Both the position numbers and the translations under genes were made by a program. Positions 13,234 to 26,779 of a DNA stretch of 64,000 nucleotides are shown one piece after another; position 1 is the stretch's first letter, and each line of letters starts with the position of its first letter. The DNA is taken from assembly GCA_002633005.1 (NCBI GenBank), contig NMRA01000411.1, positions 1-64,000 on the forward strand, written 5' to 3'. The notes beneath the pieces were generated by a model. It saw only the letters and a list, made by a program, of their open reading frames with translations. It searched no databases and had not been told where the DNA came from. The stretch comes from Phoronis australis. Taxonomy: Eukaryota; Animalia; Phoronida.

Positions 13234-16200
13234 ATGTCCGAAAGATCGAGAAGGTGATAGTTTTACGTAATTACTCATCGGACATTACTCATTTGAAAGC
13301 CATTGCTGTACTCTGTCTTTGGTGTGTAGACCTCCCTCTGGGCTGATGATAGAGAACCAGTTTCATCCACTAAATAACGGGGCCGTTAAAGTTATTTAGT
13401 AATTGCCTGATTCTCTAAGTCAGGGTCCATTATATCCGACTAGTGCCCCTCGCTGGTTCCCTACGTGCCTAGCCAGCACGCAAGTATCGTGCAGTGGCCA
13501 TGCAAGTGGCGTCGCAGCAACTATTCGTTTCTGCAGTGATGTTTATAGCCGCGTGCTTGAAGCACATACATGTACAATAAACACATATCTGGCCGATTTA
13601 AGTGGTGTGTTATTCATAGTGTATGAATACAGGACAGTATCGTAAACAAAAGTCATCGACAGTAGAAAGATGCAATCCGAATAGGCGCAATCACAATTAC
13701 TAGGATTCATATTTCTTGAACATAACTTTTAAGCACCGATTTGTCTGTACAACAGACCATATTTACACTTCAGACCATCAGTCATGCCAGTTTGTATGCG
13801 TAAAGCGCTGTCTGTTGAGAATTCGACTAACCAATCAGAAACGCCGGTGTAAAAAAATTTTTCGAGGAAAATTAAGTGATACCTGCATGTTGACTACTGA
13901 CCACCTAGCAGCATGCAGGGAACCAGCAAGGTGTGTAGACTAGAGACGACGGCACTGGTTGTATGTGGCGGTCTCTGAATTTGAGAACCAAACAATCACT
14001 GAATAACGCATCTGTTATTCAGTGGATGAAACTGGTTCTCAAAGTCAGGGACCACTTTATCCGACTGGTGTCACTGCAGACTTAATCACTTAGTGTAGTG
14101 TAGTCGATGGTGTAGCCCACGGTAGGCAGCCAACTAGCTGTATGAAAACTATCGTCAAAATACAGCTAGGACAGGTACCACTGTGTGTATTTCATCCCTA
14201 GACCCCGAAATTGCAAACATCCAAGGTAGTTCTGTTTGTCACTTCGCCATGAAACTTATATCAACATGTAAAGCTAAAGACCGGACGGGGTGCATGTAAA
14301 ATCTGGGAATCAACCGACACTCACCTTGCCCGTTACAGCCGTTTAAGTGAAAAACAATACAATAAACATCATTTTCTTGCGTAACTCTCCGCCTTTTCTA
14401 ACAATGAAAAGTATGTCATCGTTTTGAAAACAGTTCGCTCGTGTCACGCGCACACGCCATTTACTAAATTTTTGCGACATCTCTCGGGAGATGATGATAG
14501 CTTGGCAGCAGCAAAATTTCTTCTGAAATTCGGTTTTTCGGTTTCAAAATTCTAAAAACTTATATTGAAGTGAAACCAGTTCCGATAATTTGTTGTGACG
14601 TGTACGCAACATCGTGAAAGAAAAAGTTGATTGAAGAATCGGCGAAAAAAGAAACTGGCCAATGGGTGACGCAATATTTCATGGCGCCGAAAGCCGTCTC
14701 TAAAGATCGCTCCACAACTTTAGCAGTAGAATAATGGTAGAACGCCATTTTTTCCAACACCGTTAAATAATTTAGTTTACTCATGGAAGACTAGTTTTTA
14801 ATGACACTAACTTTGTGTCAGATTTTATCTTACCACTTTTTTATCCACATCGGTGCAAAGCTGTGTATTTAGTATGCAGCTTCATACCAAGGCTAAGGCC
14901 ACGGACACTTGTTTCCACTCACATCTTCATTTACTTTATGTTGGATGGTCTTCCGACTGTTCTCATTTAATCTCGTCACTATGTGATGGGAGATGATGGC
15001 AGCTTCACAGAGCAGCAAAATTTGTTCTGAAATTTGCTGTGCTGGTTTTTAAAAAACTTATTACGAAATGAAACCAGTATTTGTTGTGACATGAACGCAA
15101 CCTTGCGGAAGAATAACGATTAACTAATCGTTAAAAAAAGAAACTGGCCAATAGGTGACGCCATATTTCATGGCATAAAAAGCCAACGCATAAAATCGCT
15201 CCGCAGAATAACGGTAGAACGCCAATTTTCCCAACACCGGTAAATGACTTAGCTTACGCGAGAAAGAATGTAAATTTTAATGACACTAATTTTGTGTCGT
15301 ATTTTATTTAGCCATTTTTACCCACATTTGGGGCAATATACAGCCTTGCACCAATTAGGCTAGGTCATATGATAGAGTGCAGACTGTAGAAACATCAGCA
15401 TGCTGACCTCCCAACACTGATATTTTGGTGATGGAGTAATTCTGTTTCCTCCAGTGTAGTGTTTTATCGTTGTTTGGCACTGATTTTGAAAAATCTGCCA
15501 ACAACCGAGACTTGAACCAGGGTTCCTCACGTGACAGCTGAGCATCCAACCCGTTTGGCTAAGAAGTAATTGCAACAGTTCCCAGTTGCCAAGCAACTTA
15601 AAGTTGCCGTTAGGGCGTTCTCTCATTTAGTGATTTTACCAGACGTAAGCCGGTTGTGAACGCGTCATAACATCGGACTCCGTTGCTAATTGCTGAGCAC
15701 AGTCTTTGTCTGGTATGACAACATGCAGGCCAACTATCGACCAGGCTTCAAGTTCAAAGGGTTACTGAAACCAAGCAGAACGACTTTCAACATCGGGTAA
15801 CGGAGGTTTTTAAGAAAACAAGGAATAAATGATGGCAACTGAGGTCATGTTTTCTCATTTTGTCAAGGGGCATTTTATCAGTTTTTTGACAGTTATTCAC
15901 TTTAATGCGTAAGTTGTGTGTCACTTGACTCACAGATTTTCAAACACCCCATCTAGCTGTTAGCTCTACATGTAGACAGTGCCACCGTCTCAACTGGGCC
16001 CGGTAGAGACTGGCCTATCCGTAGGCCCTTCACATGCCTGAAGCTTTTTGGTGAATTAAACCATCTTTTTCGCATAGAGGGACACCTTAGGAGTCTGTTG
16101 ATGCCTTTAACTCTTCCCAGCTTGAACAAATACTCCCGCAATCAAACTCTATTTGAACAGTCTTTCGTTCAGTTGCCCAAATTGGCAACTGGCAATTTTT

Positions 16201-19200
16201 ACACTGTTGCACTAGCATCACCTGGTAAGTCACTCAAAGTTTATCCTTCCCTCAGTTTCTTAGAATCAACTCAAAACGTCTCTTCCCTTGCAGGACACGT
16301 GGTAAAGCAGTCGATTACTCCAAGTACAGTGGGGACTTTGGAGACAGTGATGGTAAGATGAGAGCACTGCATGACAACCTTTGTTATATATATATATAGG
16401 TACACACACACATGTTGAGTCTACGGGGTAAATTGCTAGTTATGCTCTAGCTGTACGTCACCATTTAGACTACGACCAGTTTACACTTGTGAAAATGGTA
16501 ATACTTGTTTACTACGAGTGCTGTCTGCCAAAAAAACGTAGTTGGTTCTGATGTTCCCCAACTCATTTTGAGACCTGCATTTATCGACTTAAAAACACTC
16601 CCATCAACTCCAACCTAATTCTGGTGTTGCTTTTTTTTTAAAAAGCTGTGCAAAAGCCCACGAGAAAGGTTTGAAATGCCATGATTTGCAGAGTATAGGG
16701 CATCATTTTTGTTCTCATAATTAAAAAAATACCATAACACCTTCTCAATTTTCAGAAATAAACACCAGAATTGACTTCTCTTTTGTTGCCTTAATTAGTG
16801 AGTATGTTGACATATATTCATCTCTTGTAATAGATGATTTTGCATCGTCATCACCACCGCCCAGAAAATCAAAGTTGTCATCAAAAGCCAGGGATAAACC
16901 AAAGACAACTCAGAGCAAGCAGCCAAGTAAGAGAAGGTAAAATTTCTTTAGAATATTAATTTTATGCAATATTATTTTGCCACTAATTGCTCGAGTCTAT
17001 ACGCATGAAATTGCCTGCCTGGTCTAAACAGATCCTTAAAGTCATGTAGGACCCTATCAATGCGTTTGTGTATTTAGCTAAGTATTTTCAAAGCTATAGA
17101 TTTTAACTATTAAGGCAAAGTATACATTTTCTGAAAGTGGAAAGCCAGTAGAATTTCATTTTTGACTTTTTAACACTCTGTTGTTAATTGGGTCATGTCA
17201 CAATGTCTTTTAAGTGAAATTAAGCAAAGGTAAATAGATTACAAAACAATGGTATCAGTAAAATTTACCAAATTCCATTTGATGTGTTCTAGATGAAATC
17301 TCAAAAACTCTGTAACAATTTTCTAAATTATCATTTTGTTTTAGTTAAATGCAACCGTTTTTCATGAAAATCATAAAATTCCTATTTTTGATAGCCCCTT
17401 ATGCAAAAGTGGAGCAGGGTATTAGAGAATGTTGTATAAAGCAGAAATTTTCGTAACTATAAATCTGATCGGCCTTTGTTGATGTTCCAAAATTGGCCAA
17501 ATTAAGATATTTTTCTACACCCCTACATATTAACCTTAAATCTGCTTTCTAGTCTAGTAAATAACGATGTTTCAGTTCTTGTGAAGCCCAGGAACAGCTG
17601 GGATCAATATACAATGTTTGACTTCAGCAGTGTCTTTGCATCAGTTGACGTAATTAATGAAAGCAGACACGTATTGAGTTTATGAGTGCAACACACTGAA
17701 AGCTGCATATAAGTAAAAGCCATCTGTTTCATTTGTTTGTTATCTTCCTGTATGTGTTCTGGCGATTCTCTTCAGTTTCATTTTCCAGTGCATATTGTCC
17801 CCTATGTTGTACTAGTGTTACCATTTCTGGACTGTTTTCACAGACCCTGAGAAATTAAAATGGACGTGAAATTTTGTGAAAGATGGGACTGTTGTTTCTT
17901 AGTGTTTGAAGGTGTAGGGCAAATACTACATTGTTTGAATTGGAGGCTTTTTATGGAACGTGGTTTAGTTCTTTCATAGCAGCTTTAAAATGCCCAGTAG
18001 GACCAGTAGTTGATTAAACAAAATACCTATTAAATTTGGTTGATAGCACAGTCCTGTTACCCATTTTCAGTGATGGAAAATGTAGGTATCCTGCACTAAA
18101 CCAGTAACCTTACAATTTTGGATTCGAGAAAATATGCTTGTGTTTTTATTTGAACATGTGTGACTTATTTACAGGAAAAAAGATGATCAAGGTGTTGAGG
18201 AAGACGAAGATCTTAAGATTGCGATCGAACTGTCCTTGAGTGACAATTCTCAAAACACCTGTCCTTTTACAGACAACAATGAAAGTACGTCCAATTTTTA
18301 TGCGTAAACAAGGTTCAAATTTCATCAAAAAAATCACATGCCCAAGGTCCAGATGGAGTAGAAGAAATGTGACCCAGTGAAACATGAACGCTGGCATCAT
18401 TTATGTCTTGCAACCATTGTGTTATATTGTGAAGTGTTGGGAAAAAAACAGTTGCCTGTTTCCGTGACAACAATTTTAGGAAGCTTTATGTGTCATTGTT
18501 ATCAGATGTCAGTCTGAAACTGTGCCCCATCTGATGTGTCTTGATAATGCTTATTGTCTAATTGTTCTTTGCCTGATTAATTGGAATTCTTGAGCCATGC
18601 AAGTCATTTGAGACCTCTGAGATGTCATTCCATTCAGGGCTTATAATTTTCCTCTTTTAAGATGATTTCCTTGTTTTTAGTTTCAATTTATTTTTACTTG
18701 ATATCCAGTTTCCTCTTTTTTCATCTCTTTTTTCATCTCTTTAGCAATATTTTGACTTTATACGTGCAAAAAACTTTTCTTGCAGTTAAATTTCACAATA
18801 CAAAAAACATTTCTATCACATAAGCCTATTTATTTGTATAAGGATACATCACCTGGAAAATTTTCTTCTTTTTTGTCATGGATCAATCCAAGCCCTGCTC
18901 ACCACTTTATATTCAATTTATTGAATTGTCGCAGTTGCATTCAGTCACTGTTTATTGCTAATAGATTGGTTAGTTACTATAGTGATAGTTGCTAGGTGCC
19001 ACTGTTAATTTTGGTAGAAAACACCCGACAAGACAACGAACCAGGTGTGATCACCGTGATTAGTGATGGTGAAGGAAGTTCAGTGAAGAACTCACCTGTG
19101 AAGAACTCACCTGTGAAGAACTCACCTGTGAAGAACTCACCTGTGAAGAACTCACCTGTGATGACCTCAGCTATAAAATGTGCAAAAAAACTTAAGGGAC

Positions 19201-20488
19201 CCAGCAAGACAGATGAAGACTATGTAGTCAGTGAAGGTGAGTACGGTAAACATTCTCTGGTTTGGAACAGTCTGTAAATGTGGGACATCGAAATTCAAGC
19301 TGAAATTGAATTTTTTTGATTCTGAAGATTGGGATATGAGAAATTTTGGTTTTCATCATATTTCTCAAATATCGCCGGGACACCATGCATGTACTGTAAC
19401 AGCTGTTACGTTTTCAGGCGTCCCCATAGTATGTGACGTCAAGGTGAATGTACATTTGTCGTTGATCATAATTCTTGAATTTTGGGACACAAAATCTTGT
19501 ATATTTGTAGAATTTGGTATATGCTGTGACTCAGAGCAAAATGATTAATGATTTATTTTTCACTGTGCGAAACTAGATAATTTTTACCTTAGTTGTAAGA
19601 CTCGTGGTGGTAACTGAGTTGTGTACAGAATACAAGGCTATCCCGAGGCTTTTGCGATGAGAAAACTTCGCTTACGGAATGCAAATCATAATAATATACA
19701 CACATACATGTTTCACTCCTACGTTTACTCATCATATTCATACCACATGTGTTGCCATGTTTTCTTCATATGAATTAGAATGAAGTAAAAGTATTAAAAC
19801 ACATGGGCCCATCTGTACACAAACTGGTCCAATTGACCATATTCTGTGGAAATACGTTTTTCTAAATTGTGGTACCTCTCAGGTGATTTCTTGTACTGTT
19901 TGCTCTTCTGCCTGTGCTATGGTAAAAAACTCTTCAGTTTGGGACATAACATGGTGGACAGGTGAAATTTTGTGAAATTTCTCCACAAAAATTTTATTTT
20001 AAGGAAAATTTACTTTTCTTTTCACATGTTTTGTACGGCGTAACCATCACCAGACAATATTAATTTGGTAATATTTTGAGCATTTACAACAATGTGGTAT
20101 ACAGACTGAAAAATAGAAATTGACAATTTTAGCACTTTCTTTTGTCCCAAATTGAAGAATTTTTATCGTAAAACAGCCAATACTATTAGCTGTAGTGTTC
20201 ATTTTTATCGTAATACAGCCAATACTATTAGCTGTAGTGTTCATTTTTATCGTAATACAGCCAATACTATTAGCTGTAGTGTTCATTTTTATCGTAATAC
20301 AGCCAATACTATTAGCTGTAGTGTTCATTTTTATCGTAATACAGCCAATATTATTATCTGTAGTGTTCTAAAACCAACATCATCAATTATAATAGCTAAT
20401 ACTATTTTAGTCTGTAACAGTTTCTTGTTTGGTGATTCTCTTAGATGGCAATGAAGATGACGTGGATGATGATGACGTTAGTGATGAA

Positions 20489-20526
<38 letters not shown>

Positions 20527-22267
20527 CTTCAACCCTGACAGTGATGACAGTGACTATGATGCTAAGCGTAAGAAAAAGAAAACTCCTGCCAAAAAGAAGG
20601 ATGTAAAACCTGTTACAAAAGTCAAAGCGAGAGCTACGGCCTCAGGTAAGTTAATCTGGAAATTATGTATGATTCAAAGTCAAAATATACAATTTTGTAC
20701 ACTAAACAAAATAGAACATACAGCGCAAGACTTGCTGATTCAGCATTTTCAAAAATCCAAGATGGCGACTAGTTACCATATTGATAGGGATGGGTACCTA
20801 GCCTGGTTTTAATAAGCATGTCACAATTGGGTACTCCAATTTTCAAGCTTCTATCAAACAGTGAACAATTTTCATTCTTAACTGCTTCTCATGATGTTCC
20901 GATGCAGACATTTGTCATTTTTACGTCGTACCAAATATATGTACGTAGTGTACTAAAGAAATTGAATTTTAACTAATGAATCAAGGTGAGATTGAAAAGT
21001 TCCGTTAATAAAAACTGGACGTGTCTAGTAACAGGTTTTTTTTTTCATTCTAGTTTTTCTCGTAATTTTACAAATGTTTTATGGTTTTTTAGATCTGCCC
21101 TGGGTGGTGCACATTCATTTATTGAGTAGCTTTGATATGTGCTTAAGTATCGTTGAATAATTGGTACATGACACGCAATAACATTATTGCCTAGGCGTAT
21201 GCCCTGAGGCATAAATGCTGGTATACTCTTTTAATCTGCTAAGTCTAGTGTGTCTGCAATTTACAGTGTATTTCAAGATCACACATTAAGAGTTCCTTGC
21301 TGTCTGGTAAAGTTACTTAGTTGGTATGCTATATAATTTTAGTCACACCAAAGACAGGGCCTGTGAAGACCAAACCGCTGCAGCCCTCTTCATCAACAGA
21401 ATGTAGCGTTCCACCTTTCAACACACCACCACCTAGGAGTGGAATCAACTGTAAGCCACTCACAAGTTTTACAACACCATCACCCAAGTCTGGACTGCCC
21501 GGTGTCAAGAAACCTAAATGGACCCCACCAGGTACCACAATGTGTTATGTTTTCTGCAATTTTTTTAAAGAGACTATTTTCTGGTCTTTCAATGGACATT
21601 TTATGGGTAACCAATCTTTCTTGAAAACTGGATGGGCATTCTCTTTAACAGCGTTATTTTCTAACAAATTATGTTCATGCGAAAAGAATGCTGTTAACGA
21701 GAACACCGGTGCAGTTCGCGAGGAATTAACAGTGTCTTCGGTGTTTATATGCATGCAGCAACAGTCTGGTTCATTTTAGTTTCAAAGAAGCACTTGATGT
21801 CATCTTCAAGTGACACTGGGATTCGGTGCAGGAGCTAATGACTCATTGATGTGTCACACTTGCTCTGAATTATGTTTGTAAAACTTAGACATGCTCACAT
21901 GACAGTGATGAACACTCGAACACGTGGTCTATATAGTATAGTGCATCTCTAGTTGTTTGGACAACTTTTGAACCAAATTTTAAATGAATTGACAGTGGAA
22001 TTAAACTGCAATTGATGAAAGTGAAGTGACAACATGCTAACCTAAAAACCTTTAAATTTTATGAAGTTATGCTTACATGCAACTTGTCGTTTGCTTTTTT
22101 TAAATGCCTGGATGTGCCACTGACCTCCGTAATGATTTTTCTTTTCAGCTCCAGCTGGGTCCAACAACGTTCTGTTGACTTCACCAACTATAGGACTACG
22201 CCTCGGACTGTCCAAAAATGTCAGGCTAAAGCCTCTGCACTCCAACTTTAAGCCAGCAGTCAGGTGA
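13234..22267 (+). CDS. RAD51AP1: RAD51-associated protein 1 (RAD51AP1/NUCKS family), 8 coding exons, 339 aa
   Basis: Exons 13234-13253, 16294-16352, 16834-16936, 18175-18284, 19018-19236, 20445-20645, 21343-21531, 22149-22267; all GT-AG, phases consistent, 1020 nt in total. N-terminus MSERSRRTRGKAVDYSKY..DSDDDF, then DLKIAIELS, an acidic tract, KPKWTPP and the C-terminal SPTIGLRLGLSKNVRLKPLH match RAD51AP1 hallmarks (PVNYSQF..DSDDDF, DLEVALALS, KPKWVPP, LRLGLSRLARVKPLH). Confidence 0.92.
14478..15335. repeat. Diverged tandem duplication (about 370-bp unit) in RAD51AP1 intron 1
   Basis: About 14485-14860 and 14988-15335 share colinear blocks (gcagcaaaattt..ttctgaaatt, aaaaaagaaactggccaat, ggtagaacgcca, ttttaatgacactaa). 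Confidence 0.7.
15420..15565 (-). mobile_element. tRNA(Asp)-like SINE or tRNA pseudogene
   Basis: Minus strand: tagccaaacgggttggatgctcagcTGTCAcgtgaggaaccctGGTTCAAGTCtcgg; B-box and a GTC anticodon-like loop, with degenerate stems. Confidence 0.45.
17036..17539. mobile_element. Kolobok-like non-autonomous element, copy 2 (RAD51AP1 intron 3)
   Basis: TTAA-agtcatgtaggaccc ... ccctacatattaacc-TTAA; similar to 5090-5596. Confidence 0.6.
19080..19160 (+). repeat. Coding 15-bp minisatellite, (VKNSP)x5
   Basis: gtgaagaactcacct repeated five times without mismatch in RAD51AP1 exon 5. Confidence 0.95.
20160..20370. repeat. 39-bp intronic minisatellite, about 5 copies
   Basis: Unit tttttatcgtaatacagccaatactattagctgtagtgttca; accounts for the spurious repetitive ORFs 20047-20328 and 20152-20454. 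Confidence 0.95.
20485..20526 (+). repeat. (GAT)n microsatellite encoding poly-Asp in RAD51AP1 exon 6
   Basis: gatgatgat run in frame. Confidence 0.9.
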
Positions 22268-22696
22268 CGCCCTCTATTGAGGAGTGGCAAATATATTTAG
22301 GTTTATATGCTCCTTCCATGGGTGATTGTCGGACACACATCTGTGGTGGAAAATTTTAGTTCTTAGTAAAACTCGCTGAAGTCGGACTTGTGTATTAAGT
22401 GCTATTTTTGCTGAACTTGTTCAACGTTCTGTGGTAGGAAGTTTGTCCACTCAGCCTTTGAATTAAAGTGGATAATCCCTTACTTGGAAGGGATCTTTTG
22501 ATATGGTTGAATCCAACTATTGTGCGTTTTATTGAGTATAAATTTTTTTTTGGCCATGTTAACAAAAATATTTAAGAAGACCCATTAGTACCATGAAAAT
22601 TAAAATTTTAATTTTTTAATATGGATTATCAATCTGTAATAACGGATTGACAACCCATTAATGTACATTCGCTTGTGTGTCTTGTTGTCAGAGAGA

Positions 22697-22957
22697 ATGA
22701 GGGAGCTTATCCGTATATATTTTCATTTGGGCCTTAGCTATGACGAGATTCTGGTGTCATTGTCGGCAAATCATTGTGTGTTTATAAGCAAGTGAACTCG
22801 TCAACAGCAACTTGTAAACTTGGGTTTACTTTGGCGCAAGAAGCACCCAAACTTTGTAGGCGATGCTTGCTTTCTTGAAGAACAGGTTTGGGGACGCCTT
22901 CATGGTTATCGGTGGATGCATTTGAAGTGTAATTACAAAGTGGGCTGATTATTGACA
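22697..22957 (+). pseudogene. IS3EU transposase, N-terminal part
   Basis: MRELIRIYFHLGLSYDEILVSLSANHCVFISK*...LGLLWRKK...LHGYRWMHLKC; interrupted by the BEL LTR at 22963. Confidence 0.7.
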
Positions 22958-23315
22958 GGAAATGTGCCGATGGTACACAACTAATTTCTTATTTTTAAAA
23001 ACGATTTACGATGTAACACGGTAACAAAATAATAACGCCCTTCTTTCACTTTAACGATATCGACTCTATATTCGACTATCATGTGACGTGTGAGCATGCG
23101 CAGTAGTAAAAACACTCAGAAACTGTGGAACAGGTGCAAAACATCAAAACACTCGTGAATATCTCCCCCTCCTTAGTAAGTTGTGACTTATGAACCGACT
23201 GAAAATCTACACGAATATAACTACACGCAATATCAAATGTAAGTCACTGAACAGTTCTTCATAAATATATTGTCCCATTATCCATAAACATAATGTCCAA
23301 TATAATCCACATTGT

Positions 23316-24631
23316 TTAAGTGAACTCCAATGGGCATAATTTTGTCACTTGCTGAGTGACAACACTTCCGTTTACACGCACTTTAACCACACGCACTAAT
23401 CTGTCAACGCCTGGCACCACTTCAACTATGCGACGTAATGGCCAATGTCTGCGGGTAATGTCCGATTGCATAACCAAAACAATGTCATTGACTCGAATAT
23501 CCCGCGCCACATGACACCACTGCTTTCGTGCGGTAAGTCCTGGAATCCATTCCCGTAACCACCGATTCCTAAAATATCTCACAACTTCCTGTACGCGTCT
23601 CCACCGTCTGCAGGGATTGAAATGCTCCTAATCGACTGACTGTGCTCCTCATCGACTGACTGTGGTGCGAATTCTGCACCACATTGTCCGTGCAAAAAAT
23701 GATTTGGTGTCGACGGCACAACATCGCGCGGATCTGCGGACTGATAAGTCAATGGTCTGGAATTAATCAAGGCCTTTGCACCGATAAATGGCGAATTCAG
23801 TTTCTCGTCCTTCACATCCGCGCTTCCCAATATTTCATAAATAGCACTGGATCAACCCGTAGTTGAGTAAACGCAAATTTCCCGGCCTGGTATTGGAATT
23901 GCATGAGTCGTAACTTCAGACTTGAACTTCAAAGTATAAACCATCGTTTATTGCAGTTAGTTCACAAGTCGACAAGAAGAAGTTCAACCTAAAAACAATA
24001 AATAAAATGAAATTTAGAATATGAAAGACTAAGTAGTAGCCTACACTAAGTCATAATGAAAAATGAGGCGCTCTTAGGGGGTTGAAATGCCAAACAACAC
24101 CCTTGTTAGCGACGGATTTTTGAACTTTGTCTCTATCTAACAATCCAACCAGTTCTCGTAATTCTCTGACGGCTCCCACAAAATTCGTACCATTGGCACT
24201 CAACATCTCAACCAGCAATCCACAACGATTTGCAAAACGATAAAAACAATTCAAAAATGAATCCGTGTCTAGACCAGTGGCCATTTTGAGGTGAACAGCC
24301 CGACATGTTAGACACGTAAATAAACACAAGTATCGCTTCTCGTGACGCTTTACGTGACCTTGGACAGTCACGAAGGGTCCTGCAAAATTGACAGCAGTCC
24401 TGGCAAGGCGCGCAACAGTTGTTTGACTCGAATAGCGGGTAATGATCCCATCAGCTGTCTTCCTGGAACAGCTTTCGATCTCCTGCATCGGTTACAATTC
24501 GACTCCCAGCGCTTTATTTCCTTTCGACCGGACAGTATCCAATATTTTTGCGATAATAACACAATGATGTGGTTTTTTCCTGCCACGTGTTTACCGAGCT
24601 CTTGATGGTGTCTGATGATGAGCTGTGTCAC
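23316..24631 (-). pseudogene. BEL/Pao integrase plus C-terminal (DUF5641-like) region, frameshifted
   Basis: HHCC (HHQELGKH...CNRC), FAGPF, YLCLFTCLTCRAVHL, NGTNFVGA, WHFNP..APHF, NSRPLT, W..EW, WPL.RIVEV..G.D..VRVV. Confidence 0.85.
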
Positions 24632-24856
24632 CCAGTTACGTTTTGGGAGAATCCCTGGAAATTTGGTGGAACACTCGAACTGTTCTCATTGAGACGAAAT
24701 CGGATTTATTCGAATGCAGGGTAGTGGTCGTGTGTGCCGCATGTGTAATCGCCCTCTCCGTGGTTGGAGGACCCGGAGGACTCTTAACGGTGGCACCATC
24801 CGTGGCATTCTCACGTGTCGACGATGAGGTCATAATCTTCGGATTTCTGTGGATTA

Positions 24857-25901
24857 TAGTTGCCAGTAAAAATAAAAGAACACAACATTCCTCATGGGTT
24901 GACAGGAAGTGACCTATTTATTCATCTCCAAACAAAAAGAGAACATACATACAACTACACTGGTGAATAATAGATGGCGCCACATGACGGACACAGCTCA
25001 ACACCGCCACTTAAACCTAAGTAAAATTTCAAGAACAGCAAAAATCTGCTATCATCTCTGAAGTTGACAAATAAGTAACATTCACCAAACCATCTTTAAT
25101 TGCACCCCAAATGAAGTGATGCTTAACATCAATGTGTTTGGTCCTTTGGTGCTTGACAGGATTCTTAGCTAAAGCTAATGCACTTTGGTTATCACCAAGG
25201 ATAGTGACTGGTAAGTGTCTGAAGTATGGGGCAACATCTTGTAATAACTGAATCAGAAACACGCATTCCTGCACAGCGGCACTCATTGAGACATACTCAG
25301 TCTCACAAGATGAAGCTACAATTGCCTGCTTCTTCCTCTTCCAGGATATTACTGGACCTTCGGCTGACAAAGCAAAGCAGTATCCAGAGGTACTTTTCCT
25401 ATCTTGTGATGATGCCCAATCAGAATCTGAATAGCCTGTTAAATTCAGACCCTCGCTGTGTCATACACCAATAGAGTGTGTACTATTCTGTGTAACGGCA
25501 TTACTATTAAGGTAATACAATTTACCTTGCTTCTCAATGTTACACTGAGTGGATGCATCTTGGGTCTCCAGTACCGCATTATTGCGGGTGAACACAACTG
25601 AGGCCCATTTCTCAGTGGCTGCATGCTTGCACTGAAAATATGTCCTGGTTGTAGGATGGGACATATAATGCTTTGTCTAATAATAAACCATGGCCATTTG
25701 TATCAGTAAGTGACACTTTGGCACTACCTCTGGCTAACACTGTACCCCATGATTTTGTTGCCAGTAAAAATCAATGAACACAACAGGCCTCATGGGTTGA
25801 CAGGGAGTGACCCATTTATTCATCTCCTAACAAAAAGAGAGCATACATACTACTACACTGGTGAACAATAGATGGCGCCACATGACGGACACAGCTCAAC
25901 A
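24857..25901 (-). mobile_element. Internally deleted Ty1/copia element (about 1.05 kb)
   Basis: About 145-bp direct repeats at 24857-25003 and 25756-25901; copia RNase H (ISWKRKKQ..VA.SSCETEY, DNQSALALAKNP..HQRTKHIDVKHHF) at 25029-25450; protease/pre-integrase fragment (ALYVPSY..IFS, GKLYYL); PPT next to 25003. Confidence 0.8.
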
Positions 25902-26779
25902 TCACGCGCTTTCGGTTGGCGATCATTGTTATTACGGTTTAATACCCTATGAGGGCTTTCTTTGCATCCGTCGATATTGCATACACGTGTTCTGCAACAA
26001 TCCTGATCACGGTGATTGGACCCCAAGCAACGGAAACTTAGACAGAGCTGTTTAGCTTTTGACCATCGGTCACTAACGGATATTGATTTGAACACCTCGT
26101 GATTCCAGGGGCTGTGCCCAGGTTGACTACAGACTAAACATCCCATAACGTTCGAGTTATGTGTTATCATAGTACGATGCGGCATAGAACGTGGATGGGT
26201 ATGGGGCGTTGCCGGCATTCAGTGGGCAGTTTCGCGTGCAACTGTGTGAAACTCGGCCTTCTGAATAATGAACTCGTGCAATGTTTCCACCCATTCTCCC
26301 TTCTTCTTGTCGAACATCCAGCGTTGGAAATTAGTAATCATGGTCTCACTCATTTTTTTAATTGCTTGTAGTAAAGAGACCCGTTTTCTGGTTCTGAGAC
26401 CATCTCTTCTTTCAAATTGGCTACCACTACATCCAACAAATCGGTGTAGTCTTGTATGTCCTTGGCAGATTTTATCGGGCGAAATTTCTCAATCGCTTCA
26501 AGTTGGCTGGCTATCTTTCTGTGTTTGCCTCCATATTTTCTATCAAGGCGTTTTTTCGCTACTTTATAGGCTGTCGCATAATGACCCAGACTTTCGATTA
26601 GTTTAAGGGGTTCTCCTAACAAATATTGATGAAGTTGGAGCAAGTTATACTCCTCTGTTGCACTGGTTGTGTCAACACATCCTTCCCAGTTTTCATAATT
26701 TTTAGTATCTCCAGAAAATACCGAGATTAAAACCATGCAGTTTTAACAATTTCCACGTCACTGGCAGTAGTTGCAACGT

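Noticed and set aside
20047-20454. Repetitive ORFs on both strands / CRISPR-like periodicity
   Set aside because: A 39-bp intronic minisatellite with no unique spacers, in eukaryotic context.
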